A DNA stretch of 64,000 bases from positions 9,823-73,822 of IMG/VR virus record IMGVR_UViG_2574180442_000002; one strand, given 5' to 3'. Within the stretch, counting starts at the first letter, position 1. Each line of letters starts with the position of its first letter. The notes under the pieces were generated by a model. The model worked only from the letters and a program-made list of their open reading frames with translations, searched no databases and was not told the DNA's origin. The DNA is from a virus. Of the stretch, positions 16,231 to 25,175 are shown in pieces. The translations under genes and the position numbers were made by a program.

Positions 16231-17805
16231 ATGGCCCGCCGTAGAAAAAACCGGAACCTGCTTGAAGATCCCCGCTACGGTGATTTCGTGGAGCGTTACC
16301 ACGCCGACCCGCTGCGCTTTGCCGTTGAGGTGACGGGGTTCCTGCCGAGCGAAGACCAGGAAGCGCTGTTCCAGGGAATCACCGAGCCGAACGCCAAGGT
16401 GTCCGTGGTGTCCGGCACCGGCACCGGCAAGACGGCGGCGTTCGCCCGGATTGCCCTGTGGCACCTGCTGTGCTTCCCGCTGGCCTTCTATGAGGGCAAG
16501 GTGGAGATCGGCAGCAACACGTACATCGGTGCGCCGTTCATCCAGCAGGTGGCTGATGGCATTTGGAAGGAAATGCAGGACGCCAGGGTGGCTATCGGCA
16601 ACGGGCCGCATGCCTGGATACTGGATTTCTTCACCATCACGAAGACCCGCGTCCACGTCAACGGGTACGCCGATCAGTGGTTTGTGACCCAGATCGCCAT
16701 GAAGAAGGGCGAGGCCATCGGGGTAGCAGGTAAGCACCGCTACTGGCAGCTCATCATCATTGACGAAGCCGCTGGCGTGCCGGACGAGCATTTTGACGTG
16801 ATCGACGGCACCCAGACCCAGCCGGGGAACCGCACGCTCATGGCGTCCCAGGGCGCGCGCAACGCCGGGCGTTTCTACGACTCGCACCACACCTTGAAGC
16901 TGGAGAACGGTGGGAGCTGGCTGGCGCTGCGCTTCAATTCGGAGCTGTCGCCGTTCGTCACGACCAAATGGCTGCGGCAGCGGGAATCGGAGAGCGGCGG
17001 CCGGCATTCCGTCGAGTACCAGATTCGGGTGTTGGGCCTGTTCGCGCAGTCCAGCAGCAACGTCCTGATGACGCGCGCCGACATCGAGACGGCGTTCCAA
17101 CCCCGGAAGATCATCGGCGACGACGAGCCTTTCGGCCTGGTGGTGCTGTCCGACGTGGCCTTGGGCGAGTACCGCGACGACTCGGTGGCCATCGTCGCCA
17201 AGGTGATCGGCGACGCCGACCACGGCCCGGACGCGCGGCGGGTGGAGTTCATCGAAATCCCCATCGCGGCGAACGACAAGAACGAAATCGACCTGGCTGG
17301 CGACTTGGTGAATCTGGTGGGCAAGCTGTCCAACGCCACCCTGTACGTGGATGCCGGCGGTGTGGGTGCGACCGTCTGCAAGCTGATTGAGCGTTCGGGG
17401 GCCACGGTGACGCGGGTGAACTGGGGCGCCCCGTGCTTCAAGAACGAATACAAGGCACGGTTCTACAACCTGCGCGCCTGCGCGATGGTGCGCTTCCGCG
17501 ATGCCATCCGCCAGGGCCGCGTGGTGCTGCCCCAGAACATCTCCAAGAAACTGCGCGAGAAGATCATCGACCAGGGTTCCCGGCTGCCGTATCACTTCAG
17601 CGAGGCTGGCGGCCTGCGCTACGTCATGGAGAGCAAGGAGAACATGCGCCGCGACGGCATCAAGTCGCCTGACTTGATCGACGCCATGAGCTTCATCTTC
17701 TTGGAAGGCGCGACCTATATGGTGGCCGGTGGTGCGGCCAGCGTCGCCACCAGCCTGACCGAGACGGTGCTGGAGAAGGCCGAAGGGCTGTTCGCCGACG
17801 TGTGA
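16231..17805 (+). CDS. pacB: Terminase large subunit, P1 PacB-like
   Basis: Walker A SGTGTGKT, Walker B IIDEAAG, RNase H-like nuclease motifs (SDVALG..D, YVDAGG, SPDLIDA). Confidence 0.9.
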   Translation: MARRRKNRNLLEDPRYGDFVERYHADPLRFAVEVTGFLPSEDQEALFQGITEPNAKVSVVSGTGTGKTAAFARIALWHLLCFPLAFYEGKVEIGSNTYIGAPFIQQVADGIWKEMQDARVAIGNGPHAWILDFFTITKTRVHVNGYADQWFVTQIAMKKGEAIGVAGKHRYWQLIIIDEAAGVPDEHFDVIDGTQTQPGNRTLMASQGARNAGRFYDSHHTLKLENGGSWLALRFNSELSPFVTTKWLRQRESESGGRHSVEYQIRVLGLFAQSSSNVLMTRADIETAFQPRKIIGDDEPFGLVVLSDVALGEYRDDSVAIVAKVIGDADHGPDARRVEFIEIPIAANDKNEIDLAGDLVNLVGKLSNATLYVDAGGVGATVCKLIERSGATVTRVNWGAPCFKNEYKARFYNLRACAMVRFRDAIRQGRVVLPQNISKKLREKIIDQGSRLPYHFSEAGGLRYVMESKENMRRDGIKSPDLIDAMSFIFLEGATYMVAGGAASVATSLTETVLEKAEGLFADV

Positions 17806-17818
17806 CCACGGCCAGGGC

Positions 17819-17860
17819 CGGAAAACGGCGCGCTTTCGCCCCCTGGGCGGCTCCTACCAT
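17819..17860 (+). promoter_or_regulatory. Late promoter 1 (CGGAAAA-N29-TACCAT)
   Basis: One of ten copies with identical 29-nt spacing; upstream of protease gene. Confidence 0.8.
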
Positions 17861-17881
17861 CCTCCGAAGAAGGAGGTTCCT

Positions 17882-18709
17882 ATGCAAACCAAGGTCATCA
17901 CCTACAACCTGCGGGAGCGGGGCCGCCAGTTCCGAGGCAAGGAACGGAATTTCAACATCCGCGCCATCTGCGACGCCATCAACGGCCCGGCCTGCCAAGA
18001 GCGGGTCAAGAACCGCGACATGCTTGGCTACTACGGGCACTGGCCCCGCATCAAGTTCGGCATGAACCCGGCCGAGGGCGGACTGGACGACGGCCGCCCG
18101 TCGCTGGTGGAGCCGGCCCTTGTCACGACCCTGCTGCGCGCCAGCCCGGACGGCACTATCGAGCATCAGGCCGAGTTCCTGAACAACGACCCCGGCCAGG
18201 TGGCGGCGAAGCTGTACGCCGGCCGCGTGGGCGGCTTCAGCTCGGCCATCGACCAGCACCGCCCCGAGTTCTTCGGCTTCGACTACGTGCTGGAGCCGAA
18301 CTATTCCACGAACCGAGGCTACACCCTGGACGACGTGCGCGACATGACGCTGGACGACATCGAGGCGGCCATCTACGACGAGCAACTGCGCGGCGTGTTG
18401 CGCCTGCTGGATTCGGCGAATGCGGAGCGCGACACGGCAAGCGAGGTCATCGAGCACCTGCGCGCGGAGAACGAGCAACTGCTGTCCATGCTGGCCGCCA
18501 AGGGCATCGACGCCGGTGCGGCGTTGGACGCCGTGGCCGTGGCGCCCATCGCCGTTTCCATCGACCCGGTGGAGCGGATGCGCCGGGATGCCGCCGCCTT
18601 CCGTGGCGCCGCGTCCCTGCCGCAGTTCGTCGAGCCGCAAAGCAACGCCGACCCGGCCGAGCATGTGCCCCTGTACGGCCGCTTGCTCGGCCAGTTCCTC
18701 CGCCGGTAA
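17882..18709 (+). CDS. pro: Prohead protease, P1 Pro-like
   Basis: GYYGH, HQAEFL, GGFSSA, DYVLEPNY motifs match recalled P1 Pro (GYYGH...GGWSWA...DYVTTPNY). Confidence 0.8.
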   Translation: MQTKVITYNLRERGRQFRGKERNFNIRAICDAINGPACQERVKNRDMLGYYGHWPRIKFGMNPAEGGLDDGRPSLVEPALVTTLLRASPDGTIEHQAEFLNNDPGQVAAKLYAGRVGGFSSAIDQHRPEFFGFDYVLEPNYSTNRGYTLDDVRDMTLDDIEAAIYDEQLRGVLRLLDSANAERDTASEVIEHLRAENEQLLSMLAAKGIDAGAALDAVAVAPIAVSIDPVERMRRDAAAFRGAASLPQFVEPQSNADPAEHVPLYGRLLGQFLRR

Positions 18710-18715
18710 GCGCCC

Positions 18716-19501
18716 ATGCTCCAGCCCGTCAAGATCGCCCTCGGCCAGTTCATGGGCCGCTACTTCGCTTCCATCGTGCCGACCACGAAGCCCCTAGAGG
18801 GCTTTGTCGCGCGCCCGCTCGCCAAGGCCATCGCCTGGGCGCCGGCGCGCATGATCGACGCGGCGGAGGAAATGCTGTCCCTGTGGCTGCGCTCCGACTT
18901 GGAGAACGCGCCCACGACGCCGCCCGAGTTGCCCGCGATCATCGTGGCCGTGGCGAAGGACTACACGCCGACCGGGCGCGACTACACCCGCCAGGTGGCC
19001 GACCGCCAGATGGTCATGATTCCCGATGACCCCAAGGAGCGGCTGTTCGGCCTGCGTGCCGTGGCGGGCGACGTGCGCGCGCAGGTCGTGGTGTTCGCCA
19101 CGGATGAGCCGTCGGCGCACTCCTTGGCGGCGCAGTTCCTGCTGTTCCTCGACGAGACGGAGAACCGCCGGTTCGAGGCGTCCTACCGCTTCGCTGGGCT
19201 GGATACAGCTTGGCCGGTGCAGGTCGAATCGCCGGACATGCCGGCCATGTCCATCGCCACCGACGCCAAGAACCTGACCATCCTTGCCATCGACCTGACC
19301 CTGCGCGCGGAAATCCCGCTGTTCGATGCTCCAAAGGCTGGCGAGCCGAACGACGGTAAGGGCGAGCCTGGCACGGACGACCCCGCAGGGTATCCGCTGG
19401 TGCAGACAGTGCATGTGGAAAGCGCCGAGGCCGGCGGCAAGGGCGGCAAGGCCGAAATCCGGCCCTACGAGGTGTCCGCCGACGATGGGGGTGCGCCGTG
19501 A
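18716..19501 (+). CDS. Virion neck/tail-completion protein (PmgC-like, tentative)
   Basis: Late operon position, 261 aa; identity inferred from context only. Confidence 0.5.
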   Translation: MLQPVKIALGQFMGRYFASIVPTTKPLEGFVARPLAKAIAWAPARMIDAAEEMLSLWLRSDLENAPTTPPELPAIIVAVAKDYTPTGRDYTRQVADRQMVMIPDDPKERLFGLRAVAGDVRAQVVVFATDEPSAHSLAAQFLLFLDETENRRFEASYRFAGLDTAWPVQVESPDMPAMSIATDAKNLTILAIDLTLRAEIPLFDAPKAGEPNDGKGEPGTDDPAGYPLVQTVHVESAEAGGKGGKAEIRPYEVSADDGGAP

Positions 19502-19986
19502 TCCAGATTCAGGCCACCTTTACCGGGTACGGCGGCCGTCCGTGCTCGCTGTTCTCGGTCTATGACCCAGACGCGCGCGTGCTGGTGGTTGGCGCCGAGG
19601 CCGACTATCGGGCCGAGCGCCGCGAGGGCTGCATCGTCCTGACCAATGTGCCGGACATCGCCCGCGACGGGCTTTTCACCGATTCCGACCTGATGCCGGG
19701 CATTGCCGCCTTCTACTCCCTCAGGGCCGGCGTGGCGGCCGACGGCAAGAGCGCCAGGCTGGTATTCGGCGACCGCGCCGCACGCGCGAACCCCGAGCAG
19801 TCCATCGAGCGCGACGGCATCGACACCAACGGCCCCAAGTACCGCTTGTCCGACACCATCACCTGCGGCCAGATCGCCGCGCTGGCGACGTGCCTGCACG
19901 CGACCCGCTCCGACACCGTGGAGCGCACCGTCAAGCTGGCCGAGTCGTTCCGGCACCTGCTGGGCGGCGGAATCATGACCATCTGA
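19498..19986 (+). CDS. Hypothetical late protein
   Basis: GTG start coupled to upstream stop; strong phage codon bias. Confidence 0.6.
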   Translation: MIQIQATFTGYGGRPCSLFSVYDPDARVLVVGAEADYRAERREGCIVLTNVPDIARDGLFTDSDLMPGIAAFYSLRAGVAADGKSARLVFGDRAARANPEQSIERDGIDTNGPKYRLSDTITCGQIAALATCLHATRSDTVERTVKLAESFRHLLGGGIMTI

Positions 19987-19997
19987 AGGGGGATGCC

Positions 19998-20336
19998 ATG
20001 ATCGACAAGGACACCCGCGCGGCCAAATCCTTCTACCGGGAGGTGCGCAAGTTCGCGGAGAACACCAAGCCGTGGGACACCACGGCCATCTTCTACGAGA
20101 CGAAGCCGGACGAGATGTACGACCTGACGCTGGTTTCCCAGCGCGTCTATGGCCGGCGTGACGAGTTCCTGGCCGTGATGGCTGCTGCGGGCCTGGATAC
20201 CGTCGATCAGCCCCTGCCGCAGAAGCGCATCGCCCTGCCCAACGAAGGGCAGCTCATCGACATCAAGCGCCGTGCGGGCTTCGAGTCCATCGACGACCTG
20301 CGCGAGAACTTCGCGCCCACCTGGGCGGAGGCGTAG
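19998..20336 (+). CDS. LysM-like baseplate protein (P1 gp26/tail X-like)
   Basis: YDLTLVSQRVYGRRDEFLAVMAAAGL...LP pattern; start MIDKDT at 19998. Confidence 0.65.
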   Translation: MIDKDTRAAKSFYREVRKFAENTKPWDTTAIFYETKPDEMYDLTLVSQRVYGRRDEFLAVMAAAGLDTVDQPLPQKRIALPNEGQLIDIKRRAGFESIDDLRENFAPTWAEA

Positions 20337-20347
20337 GCATCAAATAT

Positions 20348-20389
20348 CGGAAAACGTAACGGTATCGACATTTTCCAGACCCATAGGAT
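20348..20389 (+). promoter_or_regulatory. Late promoter 2 (CGGAAAA-N29-TAGGAT)
   Basis: Same 29-nt spacing; ATG of GIY-YIG gene 6 nt after the -10 box. Confidence 0.8.
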
Positions 20390-20395
20390 GGCTGA

Positions 20396-21193
20396 ATGAA
20401 AGAGAAAATCATCGGCGTCTATGCCATCCAAGCCCCTGACGGGCGGCTGTATATCGGCTCATCCGTGGATGTGGAGAAACGATGGGGCGAGCACAAGTCG
20501 CGCCTCCGGCACGGGAAGCATGACAACCCCATCCTTTCCCATATCGCCGCCGCGACTGGTGTGGATTCGCTTCGCTTTCGACTGTTGCTGCGGTGCTATC
20601 TGGACGAACTGAGGGCCTGCGAGCAGGCTGCCATTGACCGGCTGAAGCCCGCCCTGAATATCCTTCCCACTGCCGAGCGCCTGCTGACTGAGCAGTGGAA
20701 GCGTCCCGACTTCCGCGCCAGAAACACCGCACGCGCAGCCAAGCAGAACGCGGAGCTATGGAGCGACTCTGCCTTTGTTGAGAAGGCCCGTGCAAGGGTT
20801 GTGGTCATGCAGACCGCCGAGGTCAAGGAGAAGGCGGCGTCTTCCCGTCGTCGCGCGATGAAGGAGCGTGGGCAGGCATATCGAAACGTAGCCGAGGCGT
20901 CAGCGGCGACCCTGAAAAAGCTGCACGCTGACCCTTCTTTTGCCGCCGCTCATTCGGAGCGGATGCGGGAGAACATGAAGCGGTTGAGCCAAGACCCGGA
21001 GTTCCAGCGCAAGCGCAATGAGGCGGCCAGGGCGCGGCACCAGAAGAAAATTCGCTGCATCACCACGGGCGAAGTGTTCCCCAGCAGGGGGGCGGCCGCC
21101 AAGGCGAAGGGCATCAGCGAATCGGTCATCAGCAAACAGCTTCGCGGGCTGCCTACCCGCTCGGGGCTTGAATGGGAGTACCTGAATGGCTGA
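20396..21193 (+). CDS. GIY-YIG homing endonuclease with C-terminal NUMOD1-like HTH
   Basis: GVYAI...LYIGSS...R...H GIY-YIG motif; KKIRCITTGEVFPS..AAAK..GI NUMOD1 motif. Confidence 0.9.
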   Translation: MKEKIIGVYAIQAPDGRLYIGSSVDVEKRWGEHKSRLRHGKHDNPILSHIAAATGVDSLRFRLLLRCYLDELRACEQAAIDRLKPALNILPTAERLLTEQWKRPDFRARNTARAAKQNAELWSDSAFVEKARARVVVMQTAEVKEKAASSRRRAMKERGQAYRNVAEASAATLKKLHADPSFAAAHSERMRENMKRLSQDPEFQRKRNEAARARHQKKIRCITTGEVFPSRGAAAKAKGISESVISKQLRGLPTRSGLEWEYLNG

Positions 21194-22280
21194 TTGGTTC
21201 GGCAAGGTCAAGGGCCACGTAGGGGAAGCGAATCGGCGCTTCGATGCTGACGCCAAGCAACGTGCGGAAGCCGAGGCCGCTGCGAAATCCACCATCCTGA
21301 CTGACAAGATGCTTCAGTCGGGGCAGTGGGACTCCGGCAAGGTGTTGTTCACCACGCTGAACGGTGGCGTGACTCAAATCACCGCCAACGAACTTGCCAC
21401 CTTCCGGCACAACATGCAGATCGCCAAAAAGCAGGCGGGGTTTGCGACCGGGAAAGGCATCACGGCGCGGCAGGTCATCGACCTGGCATCGGCGAAGCCA
21501 TTGGTGTATCTGTCCGACAGGTCGGACGGGGCAAGAAGCGACATCGACCGGGCGCGCAAGGAAATCACGATGGGCGTGCCGGTATCGGCGCTCCATGATT
21601 CCGTGCGGTTCATCACGAACGCCGGCGGCTCGACGCCGGGCGTGACGCGGCACCATGTCACGATTCAGTTGATGGAATTCCGAAATGCGGTGGATGCCAT
21701 CATCGCCTCTGGCGGCGACTCGGCCGCCGTGCGCAGGGAAGCCAACAAGATGCGCAAGGGTGGGCTGAAATTCGATTGCAGTTGCGACCGCCATAGGTAC
21801 TTCCTGCGCTATGTGGCCACCATTGGCGGCTTCAATGCAGGGCGCGATGAGACAGGCTTCCCCAAGATTCGCAATCCCGGCCTGAAGGGAGTGGCATGTA
21901 AGCACGTCCTGCGGGTCATGACCGAGCTGGAATCGTCCAATTCCGTCTTGCGGTTCCTTGAGCGGCATTTGCAGGGCGTGTCAGCTTACAAGGCAAACAC
22001 CACAGTCAAGCAGACGGAGGCCGAGGAAGCTATCCAGTCCAAGGCCCCAGCGCGAATCAAGACCAGCGAGCAGAGAAAGGCTGAAGCCGCGAAGGCACGC
22101 GACCGGCGCGCCAGCAAACGGGCGGCATCAGCGCCGAAGGCCAGACCGCCAAAGAAAATCGACCCCTATACGCGCCGCATTGAATCGGCACTCAAGGGCG
22201 GTTCTCTGACCCCAGATCAAGTTTCCCAAATGCGTTCATGGGGATGGAACGACAGACGAATTGCCAATGCTGCGGAGTGA
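21186..22280 (+). CDS. P1 gp25-like SWIM zinc-finger virion/tail protein
   Basis: FDCSCDRHRYFLRY.AT...FPKIRNPGLKGVACKH matches recalled P1 gp25 motif. Confidence 0.7.
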   Translation: MADWFGKVKGHVGEANRRFDADAKQRAEAEAAAKSTILTDKMLQSGQWDSGKVLFTTLNGGVTQITANELATFRHNMQIAKKQAGFATGKGITARQVIDLASAKPLVYLSDRSDGARSDIDRARKEITMGVPVSALHDSVRFITNAGGSTPGVTRHHVTIQLMEFRNAVDAIIASGGDSAAVRREANKMRKGGLKFDCSCDRHRYFLRYVATIGGFNAGRDETGFPKIRNPGLKGVACKHVLRVMTELESSNSVLRFLERHLQGVSAYKANTTVKQTEAEEAIQSKAPARIKTSEQRKAEAAKARDRRASKRAASAPKARPPKKIDPYTRRIESALKGGSLTPDQVSQMRSWGWNDRRIANAAE

Positions 22281-22286
22281 AAAACC

Positions 22287-22817
22287 ATGCTGAACAACGT
22301 ACCGACCGGGATCAACCGCATGGCGCGCAACGTCGTCATGAACCACCCGAACACCATGAATTGCGAGGTGTATCGCAAGACCATCACCCGCACGGCGCCG
22401 GATTCTGTCGCCGGCGCGCCGACGATGGGCGGCCTGGGCGTGCTGGATTCGATGGACGAGGAACAGTACGAATACACCTTCCTCGGTTACGGCCACGCCA
22501 TGCCGGCGGATGGCGGCTTCGCGCCCGCGCCGATGGTCAAGCGCGGGGATGCCAACATCGGCTCCGGCGACGAGTTCCGGTTCCTGATCGAGCCGGAAGA
22601 ACCCTCCGGGCACCCGGACTGGTTCGACGTTCGCAACCATGACGTGATGTACCTGCTGCTGGGAACAGGGCCGACACCGCCCAAGCTGGCGTTTGAGGTT
22701 GTCGGCATCGAAACCACGTCCAACATCCCGCCCTATACGACGCGCTACATCACCAACCGCCGCAACGATCTCGACTTGGTGACGCCGGGCGACTACGAGG
22801 ATGCGCAAGGCGGGTAG
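22287..22817 (+). CDS. Putative neck/head-closure or tail-completion protein (P1 gp7 position); paralogue of 4559-5413
   Basis: Late operon after gp25-like gene; beta-rich pattern; identity tentative, paralogy seen directly. Confidence 0.6.
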   Translation: MLNNVPTGINRMARNVVMNHPNTMNCEVYRKTITRTAPDSVAGAPTMGGLGVLDSMDEEQYEYTFLGYGHAMPADGGFAPAPMVKRGDANIGSGDEFRFLIEPEEPSGHPDWFDVRNHDVMYLLLGTGPTPPKLAFEVVGIETTSNIPPYTTRYITNRRNDLDLVTPGDYEDAQGG

Positions 22818-22823
22818 CAAACC

Positions 22824-22865
22824 CGGAAAAAGCGCCGTCTGGCGCCTTCGTGCCCCTTTGAGAAT
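22824..22865 (+). promoter_or_regulatory. Late promoter 3 (CGGAAAA-N29-GAGAAT)
   Basis: Same spacing; upstream of major capsid gene. Confidence 0.8.
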
Positions 22866-22928
22866 AGCTGGCAGTCGGCTACCAGCCGGCGTTCCAGTGT
22901 TTGAACTTCTCCGAAAGGACACGAAACC

Positions 22929-24611
22929 ATGACCAAGCGCATCCATCAGGATTACTTCAAGCGCGAGACTGCCGAAGTAGCCCAATTCGTCGATTCTCTG
23001 AAGGAAAACGCCACCAAGGGTGGCACCTTCGATTCCGCTGCCGCCACCGATTTCCTGGCGACGGCCACCAGCCAGAATACGGGCGTCAAGGTGCCCGAAA
23101 CCCTCCAGACCGTGCTGGACGAGGCGAAGGGCGACGATGCGGCCGCTCTCGTTACTCGCGCTGTTCTGGACGGCGTTGCCGTCTATGAAGCCCAGCACGG
23201 CACTCCGGCCCCGGCCGACGTGATCGAGCTGGCGATGCACTCCGCCTACGCCACGACCGAAAGCGCCCGCCGCAAGTTCAGCCTGGACTCGGCCACCTCG
23301 GCACACCACGACCAGCTTTCGCTGCAACCGAACCGCGCCGTTGTCGCGATTTTGGCCGCCCTGGGCGAGGCCATCCCGTTCGCGCACTATCTGCCTGCCG
23401 ACATCGGCTCCAACGAGGCCCGCCTGGCGATCATGACGCACCAGGCCGGCAACACCTTCGGCTCCTACGCCCAGGGCGCGCTGCTGGACGGCGTGGATTC
23501 CGGCGACGCCTACATCAGCTCCAGCCGCGTGCATACCTCCATGCCGGCCGCCGCTGGCGAAACCACCCCTGGCGCCGTGGCGGGCAAGATCACCGCCATC
23601 CAGGCCACCGCCGACACCTGCGACCAGGACGCCGCTGCCCTGAAGCTGCTGCGCGGCCGCAGCATCGTCTATGTGGATGGTCGCGTGGCCGCCCGCGAGG
23701 TCGATTCCGCCGGCAGCGGCAATTCGGCCGTGTCCGGCACCATCATCGTTGCCGGCACCAGCTACGCCATCGGTGGCACGATCAACACCGACACCGGCGT
23801 CTATGTGCTGACCACGACCCCGGCCCTCCCGGCCACCGTGCCCGTGGTGGTCGAAGGCTTCATCGACTTCGAGCGCACGCCCGAGCTGACCCCGACCATC
23901 ATCTCGGCGGTCAATACCTTCTCGCTGTTCGCCAAGCCGTGGCGCGTCACCACGCACCAGACCATCGACAGCCGCACGCAGATGGCGAACGAACTGGGCC
24001 TCGACCCGTACAGCGAAAGCGTCATCGCCATCCAGGCGCAGTTCGCCAACGAGCGCCACTACGACGTGCTGCGCAAGGGCGTTCGCCTGGCCGCGCTGAA
24101 CACCGCGACCTTCGACTTCGGCGCCGCGCAGACGCACGTCGATAGCGGCCGCTTCGGCGTGTGGCCCGAGCTGGCCTACCCGCTGAGTGTCGTGTCGCAG
24201 AAGATGGCCGAGGACACCATGAATCATGGCGTCACCCATCTGTACGTCACCAAGCGCGTGGCCGCGCAGTTCCTGGGCCTGCCCAGCAACCTGTTCCAGC
24301 CCTCCGGCATCGCGCCGCGCCCCGGCATCTACCGCCTGGGCCGCCTGTTCGGCCAGTACGACGTGTACTACACGCCCAAGGGCCTGAACGAAACCGCGAC
24401 CAGCGCCCAGATTCTGGCCGTGGGTCGCGCCACGGACGTGACGCGCAACCCCGTGGTGCTGGGCGACGCCGTTCCGCCGACCGTCATCCCGCTGGCTGTG
24501 AATGCCGACCTGCGCCAGGGCGCCGGTTTCTACGCCCGCAACTTCACCGCTGTGAATCCGCACGACCCCTCGGCGCGCGGCTTCGCCCTCATCAACGTCA
24601 CCAACATGTAA
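22929..24611 (+). CDS. Major capsid protein, P1 gp23-like
   Basis: 560 aa, strongest codon bias, own late promoter and GAAAGGA SD; followed by sheath as in P1; putative maturation site FSLD120-S121. Confidence 0.8.
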   Translation: MTKRIHQDYFKRETAEVAQFVDSLKENATKGGTFDSAAATDFLATATSQNTGVKVPETLQTVLDEAKGDDAAALVTRAVLDGVAVYEAQHGTPAPADVIELAMHSAYATTESARRKFSLDSATSAHHDQLSLQPNRAVVAILAALGEAIPFAHYLPADIGSNEARLAIMTHQAGNTFGSYAQGALLDGVDSGDAYISSSRVHTSMPAAAGETTPGAVAGKITAIQATADTCDQDAAALKLLRGRSIVYVDGRVAAREVDSAGSGNSAVSGTIIVAGTSYAIGGTINTDTGVYVLTTTPALPATVPVVVEGFIDFERTPELTPTIISAVNTFSLFAKPWRVTTHQTIDSRTQMANELGLDPYSESVIAIQAQFANERHYDVLRKGVRLAALNTATFDFGAAQTHVDSGRFGVWPELAYPLSVVSQKMAEDTMNHGVTHLYVTKRVAAQFLGLPSNLFQPSGIAPRPGIYRLGRLFGQYDVYYTPKGLNETATSAQILAVGRATDVTRNPVVLGDAVPPTVIPLAVNADLRQGAGFYARNFTAVNPHDPSARGFALINVTNM

Positions 24612-24626
24612 AGGACGGATGGAGCC

Positions 24627-25160
24627 ATGACCCGCACTGTTGAACTGGGCGCTCCTTCCCTGACCGGGAAGGACGCCAACGACCTCGTATCCGAGGTTTT
24701 CGCCGATGCCGCTTATCCCCTGAAGGTGGTGGTGCAGAACCACATGCCCCAAGACGTAGTGTTTCCCGAGGTCGAGGGCCTGTTCCTTCGCCACGTCGCC
24801 AACGCCAAGGACAGCCAGAAAACGGTCGTGATTGCCGACGCTGATCTGTTCCAGCGCCTGGCGTCGAGCGTCGAGCAGATCGCCGAACTGAGCCGCTGCG
24901 AGCTGGCGCTGACCATCTCGGAAGTGGCCGCCGCCGACACCGGGGCGCCCGCCGGCGACAGCACCGACACCGCCAAGAAGCCGTCCGATGGACTGACCTA
25001 CGACCAGCTCAAGGACGCGCTGAAGGCCAAGGGCATCGAGTTCGCGGCCAACGCCAAGAAGGCCGACCTGGCCGCGCTGCTGGATGCCGCGCCCGCCGAG
25101 GCCGCCACCGACGCCAGCAACGGCACGGACGGCGCCGCCGACACCGGCGCGAACGCTTAA
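24627..25160 (+). CDS. Hypothetical protein with HeH/LEM-like domain
   Basis: LTYDQLKDALKAKGIEFAANAKKADLAALL motif. Confidence 0.7.
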   Translation: MTRTVELGAPSLTGKDANDLVSEVFADAAYPLKVVVQNHMPQDVVFPEVEGLFLRHVANAKDSQKTVVIADADLFQRLASSVEQIAELSRCELALTISEVAAADTGAPAGDSTDTAKKPSDGLTYDQLKDALKAKGIEFAANAKKADLAALLDAAPAEAATDASNGTDGAADTGANA

Positions 25161-25175
25161 TCGAGGGGAGAGGCC

